NCBI GenBank assembly: GCA_024137785.1
Contig: JAHRHZ010000250.1
Span: forward strand, 580,943-644,942
Origin: Ginglymostoma cirratum
Taxonomy: Eukaryota
Direction: 5' to 3'
DNA length: 64,000 bases
In this document: piece after piece, positions 13,668 to 24,507 of the stretch
Layout: every line of letters begins with the position of its first letter
How positions within the stretch are numbered: the first letter of the stretch is position 1
Program-made: the position numbers and the translations under genes
The notes under the pieces: model-generated
Told to the model about the DNA's origin: nothing
The model's input: the letters and a program-made list of their open reading frames with translations, nothing else
Database searches by the model: none

Positions 13668-16600
13668 CCCACCCACCCGATCCTTTCTTCTCCAGACCAT
13701 AAGGATGCATGCAAACACCAAGCCTATGATAGCTACTAATTAGCTAGCTCTTTTCTCACTGCAACACTTGGACCATTCAGATTTTACCTGCCTTTTACAA
13801 ATTTTAAATGAAATCTTGCCGAAAATAAGATTGAACAAAATGCCTGCGTGTTTTCAGTAATGCTCAAATTTCTTTTTGTTCGCAGCAATCCAGTAAGTGC
13901 ACCGGAATATTACATTTGCCGATACTTTCAGACGAAAAAAAAGTTTAAGTAAATTTGCTTACCTTAGACAAAACGGGGCTTATCAAAGTGAACTTCAAAT
14001 TTAACATTTTAAATTATATTCAGGACTCCTTGGAAACTGCAACAGATTGGACACACGTGTTCTGAGCATCCTTTGGAGCATGCAAGACTTTTTTTTCAGC
14101 AATTCTTCTTATTACTTTGACATGTTAGACTAAATTTGAAATTTGTAATTAAATGCTCTTAATATCTCTATTCATTATTAATAAACAAACTCGGTATCAC
14201 CTTTTTATTCAGGCTTATTTTGGGCATTGGTCTTAGTGATCAGACCATGTAATCATGAAAGAATAATTGATTAAACTCTTTACTACAGGGGATGACAGCT
14301 GCAACAAGAAACCTTGATCTTGTATTTTTGGAGGTAAAGTGCAAACCCGATAATATCACTTGGCATAGCCTATTCATAGGGTGCATTCGAATCCTTATGA
14401 GTTTATTTTTATTGATGCTACATTATATTCTAATTACAACTCAGTTTGATTTGATGATATTTATCACAACACCACGTCATGTTTTGACACGCATATGTTG
14501 CAACAAAGCATGTGCAGAATTACCCCAAAGGCAGGATATACTGCTTGTCTTCTTGAACAATGGATTTATGACAAAGAGAATGGAGAAATTTCAATTTCAC
14601 CTCTTCAGAAAGCCACAGAGTTCAAATATTGTAAAGTATGGTGGTATAGCACATAGAACATTTAGAACAGAAGATAACTGGTAAATAAAAACATGAACTG
14701 CGAATGTGGAGATAACCCTGCAATTAGAGACTATTAAAATTCTAACTGCCATTGTGCGCTGGCCTCAGTTTGATGATCCTCAATTATCATTGGAAGGAAA
14801 AGCAAACTTGGTGGAACATGCGGCACCGAATTCTCTTCAACCATTTTGACTAAGTCCAGAGGCAAATTCTTTTCCAAAGTTCCTCATAATTTACCTAAAC
14901 ATGCACACAATTCTTGTGTAGTTATATATGATATATTATAACGTATAAATTACAATATATCATTATTTTGTATTGAAAACGTGGATAGTATTTACAACAA
15001 TTTGGAGTATTCAGTAAAGATGTCTCTGAGTATTGATTATAATGGTCGTGTACTCTGTGCCATTGCAATTGACACTGGATCTTTGAACGGGTCTCAAATT
15101 AAGACGTGATCTGAACAATCCGTTTGAAATGATACAAGGTATCTAAATTTGGTAGCAAATTCGTAATTAAAGGAAGCATACTAACCTGTGAAAACAATAT
15201 CTTCAAGATGATCGTGCTGGCATGGTAAAGAATGTTAGCAGTCCTCAGCCCATATTTTCGAACCCGGCTGCAAATTTTTCTCTCTTTCTCTCTCTCTATC
15301 TCTTCTTTCAATCTTTTCTTTCTCTTTCCTCTCGTCTTCTAATGTCTTGGGAGCAGTGTTGGATGACTATCTGTGGCGCTGGTGGTGGTGCTCAGATTGA
15401 GGACTGCTGGCTTTGTACACCTTGAATCTGGACTTTGAAACTTGGAGGCACATTGAATACGGTTGCGCGTAATGCCCAGAGCAGCTCATCGTCTGGGGCA
15501 GATCTTAGTGCCCAGAGTGGCTTTGCATCCGTGTGAAGTACATGCTTGAGTTCTGTATGGACTGGAGGCGAGGACCCAGTGCAGGCTGGAGGATGCAAAT
15601 TGGAGGCAAAGTCCTGGCAGGATCTGGAAGTGGGGCCCGGAGCAATCAGGAGGTCAGGCCCAGGCTCGGCATGATCTGCTTGAAGGACTGTAATGCTGAA
15701 CTTGTTGTTTCTTTATTTTACTAATTTATTTCTACGATTCTGTACTTAATACGGCACTGTAAGTGGCGACTTTGTGAAATTTTCACTGCATTCATGAGAG
15801 TACATGTGACTATAAACCTAAATGTAAACCGAAAAGTACAAGCAACCTTGGCGTGTAATGTTACCATAGATAGATTTCTGAACTGTTGTATTGGAAAATA
15901 CTTTCAAATATAATTCTATTTTGAATATAAATAGGATCATATTTGGTCAATGTTTGCATTCATGTATATCATTTGGGGCACTTTTTAATAATTAGTCAAA
16001 GTTCACAAATGACCAAAGGCATATCTTCCGCATTGTAAATAACACTTGGACAAATAAACTTTGAAGGGCATCAGTCAGCAAGTGTTTGCACGGGCAGAAA
16101 CAGCAAATCAGGTTTTACCATCGAGAATAGTCAATACATTGTATAAATTTTAATCAGAGAGGATATCATTATATCCGTAAAATATACTTCAGAGTGTTTT
16201 TTAAAAAGCTTATTTTAAAATAAATCCTATAATTATTTGCTGCAGATTTTATCAGGTGAAATATATGTTAATTAGAAACATAGACAGGAAGAGCGGGAGT
16301 GGTCGCTTAGGCCCTTAGAAACTGTTGTGCCATTCATCATGATCATGGTTGACCAGCTGACTCAATAGTTTGTTCTTGCTTCCGCACCCTGCATTCCCCA
16401 TCCCATATCGTTTGATGCTTATAAACACAAGAGCTATTTTCAATCCCTTTTTGAAGTCACACAGTCTTTTGTCTTAAGCTGCTTTCTCAGATGGGAATTC
16501 AACAGGCTTTCCACTCTATGGATGAAGAAGTTTCTCCTCATCTCATTCCTAAATGCTTTAACACACATCCATAGACGATGAGGCCTGATTCTGGATTCAC

Positions 16601-16922
16601 ATGTCGTCGTTCCAAACAGCTTGTATCATGACAAGGACTAAGCTATCCAACGTCACTGAAGGTCTCAAAGCAACTCTAAACTCCTTAAGGAAGCTTTCTA
16701 AAAGTGGAGCAGCCGCTCTAACTTAGTGAAGTTAAATTGGAGGATGTCATTGTAATTTGAAATGAACAATGTAATTGTCAAAAGTTACAGGGTCTGCTGC
16801 ACCACATTTTTGTGTAAATCTGTGCACAACGTGTAATTTCTAAAAGTGCAACCGAAATACAACGGTTGGCACCTTACAAAAGACTTCCCAGTAGCCTAAC
16901 TTTATGCAATGTTTCTGCGGCT

Positions 16923-16960
16923 ATTGGTTGAGACTCTCTGTTCAGCTGTTTACCAATAAG
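16923..16960 (+). promoter_or_regulatory. Degenerate Pcdh CSE-like promoter motif (CGCT mutated to AGCT)
   Basis: attggttgagactctctgttcagctgtttaccaataag aligns with attggttgggacactttgtgtcgctgtctaccaataag at 24249. It lies about 260 bp upstream of the pseudogene ATG. Confidence 0.7.
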
Positions 16961-17205
16961 CGTCAGAAACGCTGATAGAGATCGACTGCCCCCTCCGCCA
17001 GAGAAACAGCAGAATTCGAGAGGCGAACAGTGTGTGCGCTAACAGTTGGTGGAAATGTTCTGTCAAGCTCCCCAGGTTATATCTCTATATTTCTCGTTTA
17101 GATAACAGTATATGGATATGCTGTTGACTAATATTTGAAATATATGAAACAAGTCAAGATATTGTAAGACATTTCAATATTTTGCGACAAATCCAGTTGA
17201 GAGCA

Positions 17206-18577
17206 ATGGTGGAAGCAGTGATAAGACAGCCGCTTTTCATGTTCTTAGTTCTGTGCATCGGACTTAGTGCAGGAGCAGCTTCTCTACTCGATCCGCGAGG
17301 AACAAGCGAGCGGGTACTTCGTTGGAATGTTGTTGAAGACTTAAGAATAAAGATTTGGGATTTAACGACTGGCAAGTTCCGGCTGGTTTCTGATGACCCG
17401 AAAGAATACATGGTTTTTAATGTGGAAAATGGATTTTAATGTGTTAATGAAAGAATTGACGGAGAACAACTTTGTAGCAAAACCGCTGCTTGTTCCCTTT
17501 CTTTGCAAATTGCTCTCGACCATCCTTCGGAAATGTTCTGAGTGGCAGTGGACATACTCGATGTATACGATAATTCACCTTTTTCTGTCGAACAAGGAAT
17601 ACTATTTGGAAACCAGCGAGTTCAATCCGGCCGGCACTCCCTTCTCTTTCGAGAGCGCGTGTTCCGGATGTGGGTACAAGAACAATCAACACGTACCAGA
17701 CCAGTCCAAAGGAGCATTTGGTATTACGGTGCAGACAAGAAGAGATGGGAATGAAAGTGCCAAGTTGGAGTTAAAGACGTCTTTGGACCGTGTGCAACAG
17801 TCATTCTTTACTCTGGCATTGACGGCCATTGACGGTGGGATTCCGCACAGATCTGGTACAGCTCGGATCAATAATAGTGTCATGACGCAAATGATAACGC
17901 ATCCGTATTCGATCGTGAAACCTACATGACCGCTTTGTTGGAAAGGCTTTTGATTCAGTAGGGCATAGATTACTTGCGAAGACATTAGAAAGGTTATCTC
18001 TGCCAAAACATTTTATTCAATTAACTTATACAAATAATACGGCAGTAGTAGAGGGAAATAATTTTAAAACATCTCCTATAATGATTAGACGCGGTGTGAA
18101 ACAAGGAGATCCTCTATCTCCTAAGCTTTTTATTATCTCCATGGACCCCCTGATTAGTACTTTGGGCTCTTAGGCTCTTTGGCACTGAAAGCTTCATGCT
18201 ACTGATATCGATGAGGTAACGTATTATTTCAACAATTACGTTTCCCAAAATGTTCGCGAGTTATTCAAATTGGACCCGGTGACTGGAGAGATGAGAGTTG
18301 AAGACATTTTGGATTTTGACGAAACATCTGCTTATGAACTTGATATACAAGCCGTGAACACCGCTCCACCTGAATTGTCAGCTCGTGTAATTGTTGCGGT
18401 CGAGGTCATTGACACTAACGATAATTTTCCTGAACTGCAAATAACAATTCTGTCCAGTAACGTGCGGGAAGACGCTCCTTTATGGACGGCAATAGCTCTA
18501 AACAGCGTAACTGTCGCGATTATGGTGAATATGGGAAGATTATATGACAGAATCCTTAGAATATTCCATTCAAGATC
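17206..18577 (+). pseudogene. Clustered protocadherin pseudogene (type A; signal peptide to start of EC4), frameshifted and 3'-truncated
   Basis: Start context gagcaATGG. Fragments KFRLVSDD, LDRVQQ..LTAIDGGIPHRSGTARI and LDFDETSAYELDIQAVN..DTNDNFPELQIT lie in different frames and are closest to the 43542 gene. Confidence 0.9.
17943..18172 (+). mobile_element. Internal RT fragment of an R2/RLE-like non-LTR retrotransposon inserted in the pseudogene
   Basis: Open frame KAFDSVGHRLLAKTLERLSLPKHFIQLTYTNNTAVVEGNNFKTSPIMIRRGVKQGDPLSPKLFIISMDPLISTL. Confidence 0.75.
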
Positions 18578-18579
18578 GA

Positions 18580-20250
18580 ATGTCCGTTCACTGAAAGACT
18601 TGGACAAGATCAAGACTTGCGCTGATAAGAAGCAAGCAGGATTGCATAACACAAGCTCTAGGCAGCAACCATTTCCCACAGGAGAGTATAAAACCAAACA
18701 ACTTTGAATGGCATTCCATCGCTGAACAACTCCACAATCAACAACCTGGATCTCAGTATTAAGTAGAAAATGAAGTGATCAAACCATAACCCGACTGGTT
18801 TCAAGAGCAGTTCACGGTCTGGGCATACTGCAGCAAATAATTCATTCCACATTCTCCCTGGAGCCCGTCCAACATCCACAATGCAAAAGTAAGAACACGG
18901 TGAAATACTCTCAACTAGGCTGGATGATTGATGCTCCAAGAACATTCCTAAAACTTTACACTCCATCACAGGGAGAATAAAAAAAACACAATTTATTAAC
19001 ATTTTAACTTACACCTCCAACGTTCACTCCCCGTAGGGAATATGGTGCTAGCAGGTTATTAATTTTTTGACGCGCCACGGGCATCACTGGAAGGTAATCT
19101 TTTATTGCTTCTATCTAATTACCCTCCTGAACTACGTTTGTCAATTGCTGAAGTCATTATGATGTAGGTAGCCCCGCAATGAATTGTAGAGGAACCTCTA
19201 TGATTTGAACCCCTTGTCACTGAAGTTACAATGATGCATTTCCAAGTCTGGAAGTTGACCGACTTGCAGGCGAACTTGCAGGTTCTGGTGTTCCCATGCA
19301 AAAATTGCCATTATCCTTAAAAATGCAAATGGCCTGAGGTTTAAAAGGAGCTGTCTGAGGAACCTCGGTGAATTTCTGCACTGCATCTATTCGACAGTAT
19401 ACCCGGCTGCCACTGAGCATCAGTGATATATAAAGTGAATGCCTCCGAATGTAAAGAAATAAAACGAGCTGCTTTGTCCTTGATGGCGTCAAGCTTCTTT
19501 GGTGATGTTAGAACTGTACCACGCAGGCAAGTGGGGAACATTACAATGCATTTCTGACATGTGTCTTGCAGATAGTAGACAGGCTTCGGGGCGTCTGGAG
19601 GCGAGTTACTCACTTCAAGATCCCTACCCTTTGATCTGTTCTTGTCGCCAACATATTTACATGGTTGGCCTTGTTTAAATTCTGGTCAATGGTAACCCCA
19701 GTACATTGACAGTGAGGGATTCATAGACGGTAATTCCAGGGTACATGAAAGGGTGATAACTGGATTTTCTGTTGGTGGTCAAGAAAAGATTGGATTTGAC
19801 AATGCAGTTTAAAGATCAGAGATATTGGGGGAAAAGCAGGAACACGATATTGAGTTGGATAATCACCCACGATCACAATGAAGGGCACAGTAGGCTAAAA
19901 TTTTTGAATAGCCTATTCATGCTCCTGTTTTCTACGTTTCTGTTGCCATTATCTGGTACTTTTATAGCATCAGCCCACTTGTTCACACTAGCCTGGAAAT
20001 TGTCCACGTCTTTTTGCCTTTGGGCATGGATTACTTCACTGTCTGAAGCACTGCAAAGGCTTTGATCATTTTACAGTCATCAGTGAGCATTGACACTTCT
20101 GACCTTGTGATGGATGGAATGTCATTGATGAAGAAGCTGAAGGTCGTCGTTTCTAGCGCAACGTAATGAACAGTTATTGCAGTGATGTGCTAGAGGTGAG
20201 CTACCTCAAACGTCCAACAGCCACAACGATATTTATTTGTCCCAAGAACC
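18580..20250. mobile_element. Old decayed LINE fragments (+ then -) shared by both duplicates
   Basis: Similar to the RT 3' region of the 7938 LINE (e.g. KKLDAIKDKAARFI on the minus strand). The paralogous copy is at 50115-51900. Confidence 0.65.
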
Positions 20251-21715
20251 AGTCAAACGATACGCAGTACGTTCAGAAATTCTCCACAATCACACACTTG
20301 GAAACCTTAGAGGGGAAGTTAGAAAGTTGTAGATTTAAATTGCATTCCATAAACCTGAGCATAAAATCTAGGCTGGCACCACAGTACTGTGCAGAAAGAA
20401 TGCCTCCCTGTTTGGAGGTGCAGTTTTAGGAACCATATTTTAAACTAAATTCCTTGTCTATCCTGCCAGGTAGTCCAAAATGTTCCCACGGCATTCTTTC
20501 AAAGAATAGGGAATCTCCTTGTTGACGTTCATCCCTCAATCTGTGCAATGAAAACAACATAGATTAACTTGGTCTTTTTCCTTCTGCTTCTGGGAACTAT
20601 CTTGATTACCACATTTCATCAAATTATATACTGGCTTGATTTTAATGATACGTTTCTCACCTAAATGCTGGTTAATGGACCGTGAGGCCATGAAGTACGC
20701 TGCAGAATTCTAATTCTTCTTTTGTGATAATGAATGCCGCTCTATAACCCCAGGTTAACCTTTTTAAGAAACACTTTACTCCCAATTTTTGCCATTATTA
20801 TATTATACTGGCGTTTGCTATTGACGTAATGAAGTGTTTCATGCCTAAATGCCAAGGAATTTAATTTCATAAAGTTAGCAGCCAGCACCACTGACTTATC
20901 AATCATTTTTGAGGGAGGCTAAAGTTTTCCGATAGTCTCTTTCACGGGCATCTGAGGTATAATTCTTCAAACTTCCAGGATGCTTCCATTTGCATTTTAG
21001 TAAGAAAAGGAATGAAACCTGCCATACACATCTGGTCTGGTCTGGTCTGCCCTCCATGTGATTCTATCTTAACGGTCTGCTGGGAAATGCGGAAAGAGCA
21101 ACAAACGATGAACTAACTCGTGGTAGTGACATCTTGTGAATGAATGAAGGAATGAATCAATAATAATAATAAACTTGTAACAAAACAGATGAGTTGACAA
21201 TGCAACTGGAAATAAGTATGTGTGATTAGAGAGACGGAGCTGCAAGATGGAAAAATTAGGACCTGGATATTCAAAAGTGTAATACATTTTACAAGTACAG
21301 AAGCAAGGTAAGGAATGAAGTGCATTTCTGTTATTTCGAATGATATCCGTACACTAAAACGTAATTATCTCAGTACTAGATATCAAAATGAAGAATTAGT
21401 TTGTCTAGATGTGAGAAAAAAAAACGGAAGTTAAACGTCAGTTTTGTTCCTGGTTTATAGGCTCCCTGGTATTAACCATCCTGTGACCGAGAGTATACAA
21501 TAAAATGTAATTGGGACGTGCCAATAAAGAACGCCAACAATCATGAAATATTTTTGTTTACCTACAGGTTGGAGTAACCACCTTGGCAACAGTAGCCTTG
21601 GTGATCAGTTAGTACAATTCTCCAGGCACCTTTGGAAGAAAAGCGCTTTCTAGACCGAAACAGACAGCAGGCAATATTCCAGGTATTGTTATGAACCTGT
21701 CAGATATTAGCACAA

Positions 21716-21819
21716 GAGATAACAAGCATGGGGCTGGATGAACACAGCAGGTCAAGCAGCATCATAGGAGCAGGAAAACTTGACGTTTCGGGCCTAAACC
21801 CTTCATCAGAAACACCAGA
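21716..21819 (-). mobile_element. Young Penelope-type terminal repeat with intact minimal hammerhead core (21781-21809)
   Basis: Minus strand reads ttt-CTGATGA-a-GGG-tttagg-CCC-GAAAC-GTC-aag. The element is absent at the paralogous site (about 55540). Confidence 0.7.
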
Positions 21820-23204
21820 CGTTTGAAGACCAAACTAAAGCTCTATATCAAAGGTGCCACCAACTAGAAAGGCTATATTTTCAGGGCTGAACCAAAGTTT
21901 TAAAGGTACAGGAGCCATCGTATTATTTGGTATCATCGTACAAGTTAGAAAGGATGAACATTTTATTTTTGTTTTTATTAAAAAAAAAACTAGTGATATA
22001 GCAGCTTATTCACAAGTCTTATCCGATAACACAAGCGCTTGTTTCATTTTCAGCAATTCTTATTTTGGCTAGGAAGTTCAATGGATTTCTGGTAATGCAT
22101 CTGTCCTGATAACAAAAATCATTAAAATGAAGGTCTTAAAATGTTATTTTTGTCTAAGATGCAAATTACCCTTATTGAGAACATTTATTTTGGAAGGAAG
22201 ATATTGTCAGAAAATGGTTTTACTGACAAGTCGGTATGTAGATTGTTAAATTAAGTAAGAATTAAAACCCACATTTTTATAACCAGTCGATGGTGGCAGG
22301 TATTGAATCGACGATGTATTTTGTCAGAATCATAGCTCTTTCACCAATTCAAATTATGTTAAACATGCTTTTTTAAAGGAAGCATTATGTGAAACCCTCT
22401 TTGTATTAATGAGACAAGAGAATTTACTGACAAACATAGAAAGTGCTGAAAATGCACAGTCTCTGTGCAAGTAGAATCGCAGCGAAAGTTTGAGGGAGGC
22501 AAGCTTTCACCAGAAATCATTAAAGACATCTTAGTGTGATGAATTGGAACAAAACTGAAAAATGTACTAATTGTATCAGTTTGTATGGCAGTTGCATAAA
22601 TGTTGTGGAATTAATCAATACGCAATTGAATTCAAGGTTCAGCTGAATTTGATGCAATAAGACATTCTAAAGAACTATTGTGTTGGGCCGTCTTGTGGTG
22701 CATTGGTAGTGTCCCGACACCTGAACCAAGAAACCCGGCTTCAAGTACCTGCTCTAGAGGTCTGTAATAATATGTCTGAACAGGTTCATGGGAAAAATTG
22801 GATAATTTCTCTGTTTAAAAAGAGAAAGGACTACTACGTGTAGTAGTACTGCTACTACTCTTTGGATGCAAGAAGAGTGTCCCTATCGCTGGACCGGGAT
22901 GGCGGGGTCAAGCCTAACCTGTGCGAGAGGGGTGTACTAACATCTGTAAAAAGGTTGATTCGTAAAATAGGTTAAATAATTTAAGAGGAAATACCGTAAA
23001 CTTCTCAAACTAAATACAAAATTACGAAACAAACTCGCTAAAGATAAGGAAATTTAGAAGTTAATTGAAGAAGCCGAACATGCAATTTGATGATTCCACA
23101 TATTTTTTACATTAACCAAACTTGTTTTCAAAGTTTATTCACAATTGAATATGCAAGCTATTTTGTAAAGTATTATTTTTGCACGATCGGCGTTTAATAA
23201 AAGT

Positions 23205-23950
23205 TACGTGACATTCGCGCCACACAAATGCCGGGCGATGACCATCATCAATAAGAGACAATCTATTCACCACCCCTTGACATTCAATGAATACCATCAT
23301 TGAATCCCCCACTATCAACATTCTGGGGGCTACCATTGACGTGAAACTCAACTGGACTCACCACATTAACAGAGTGGTTACAAGAGCAGACCCGAAGCTG
23401 GGAATACTGCGGCGAGTAACTCACCACCTGACTCCTCAAAGTCTGCCCACCATCTACAAGGCACAAGTCAGGAATGTTATGGAATACTCCCCACTTGCCT
23501 GGATGAGTGCAGGCCCAGCAACAATCAAGAAGCTTGACACCATCGAGGTAAAAGCAGCCGGCTTGATTGACAGTACATCTACAAGCATTCACTCGATTCA
23601 CCATCGACACTCAGTAGCAGCAGAAAGTACTATCTACAGCACCTTCCAAAACCACGTCGACTTCCATCTCGCAGGACAAGGGTAGCAGATATATGGGAAT
23701 ACCACCACCTCCAAGTTCCCCTCCAAGTCACTCACCATCGTGACTTGGAAATATATCGTCGATTGTTCACTGTCGCTGGTTGAAAAACCTGGAATTCCGT
23801 TCCTACTAGCATTATGGGTCAAGCCACAGCAGGAGGACTCAGCGGTTCAAAAAGGCAGCTCACCACCACCTTCTCAAGAGCAACTAGGGATGGGCAAGGA
23901 ATGTTGGCCAGCCAGCGACGCCCACAACCCACAAATGAATAAATAAAAAA
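23205..23950 (+). mobile_element. 5'-truncated LINE (same family as 7938-11152)
   Basis: ORF INILGATIDVKLNWTHHIN...IYKAQVRNVMEYSPLAW and an A-rich tail. Absent at the paralogous site (about 57430). Confidence 0.85.
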
Positions 23951-24248
23951 TAAAATACTTTGCACATAAATGTCTTCAGTTTGGAAGAAAAATAAAAATG
24001 CCAGATAATCTAAATTTAACACTGTTCACACGAAAGTGCATGCAATGTAAAATTGACAATTAATGACATCATAAATATATTCCACGAATTATAATATTCT
24101 TTTAATGTATGTCATATCATAAGTTAGCCGAACGTGTGGTTACACCGTAAATACAACTAACTATGTTTCCTTGTCTGAAGATTTTGATTGCACACATTTA
24201 AATAAATATTTTTGAAGCAGTGCAGCTTTAAGATCAGTTGTTGCAGTT

Positions 24249-24286
24249 ATTGGTTGGGACACTTTGTGTCGCTGTCTACCAATAAG
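24249..24286 (+). promoter_or_regulatory. Pcdh CSE-like promoter motif (CGCT core between ATTGG and CCAAT)
   Basis: attgg...gtgtcgctgtctaccaataag about 240 bp upstream of the ATG. The motif recurs before every Pcdh 5' end present in the window. Confidence 0.8.
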
Positions 24287-24507
24287 GAGCTGAAACACTG
24301 GTCGAGATCTACCCACCTCCTCTCGCAGGGCTTGAAGGCGAAGATTAACAATAAAGGAGGCAGACTGTAGCCGCATTCATGATGAAAGGACGTGTTCCGA
24401 AGAGAATTCCTAGCTCTCGCGTCAGTATTAGAAATTAGATGTGAGGATGCCCATTTTATCCGAGGCGACAAGGTAACTAATAATTATTGAAAAATCAACA
24501 AAGAGCA

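Larger units (their letters stand above)
6339..14000 (-). mobile_element. Decayed Ty3/Gypsy LTR retrotransposon with Gmr1-type order (gag-PR-INT-RT-RH), interrupted by a LINE and an assembly gap
   Basis: Minus-strand remnants: gag AFKQRARNLSKNP...IRSHVEDQ...ARQAAVM (13300-13540); integrase HEFPVAEYIATRKTQ..FTWP and CEVVG..QVIKLAPLMPITVFEE (12250-11380); RT including YLDNVVVYS (about 7100-7120); RNase H KPFKL.IDA and terminal NHIVGKDRLTAHILSKM* (6710-6339). Confidence 0.75.

Noticed and set aside
13268-13743. ORFs spanning the N run
   Set aside because: Artefacts of the assembly gap. Only the Gypsy gag-like part is meaningful.
24487-24507. ORF-track start of the 808-aa protein
   Set aside because: It is a TTG. 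The paralog at 58009 and the gagcaATGG context support ATG 24508.
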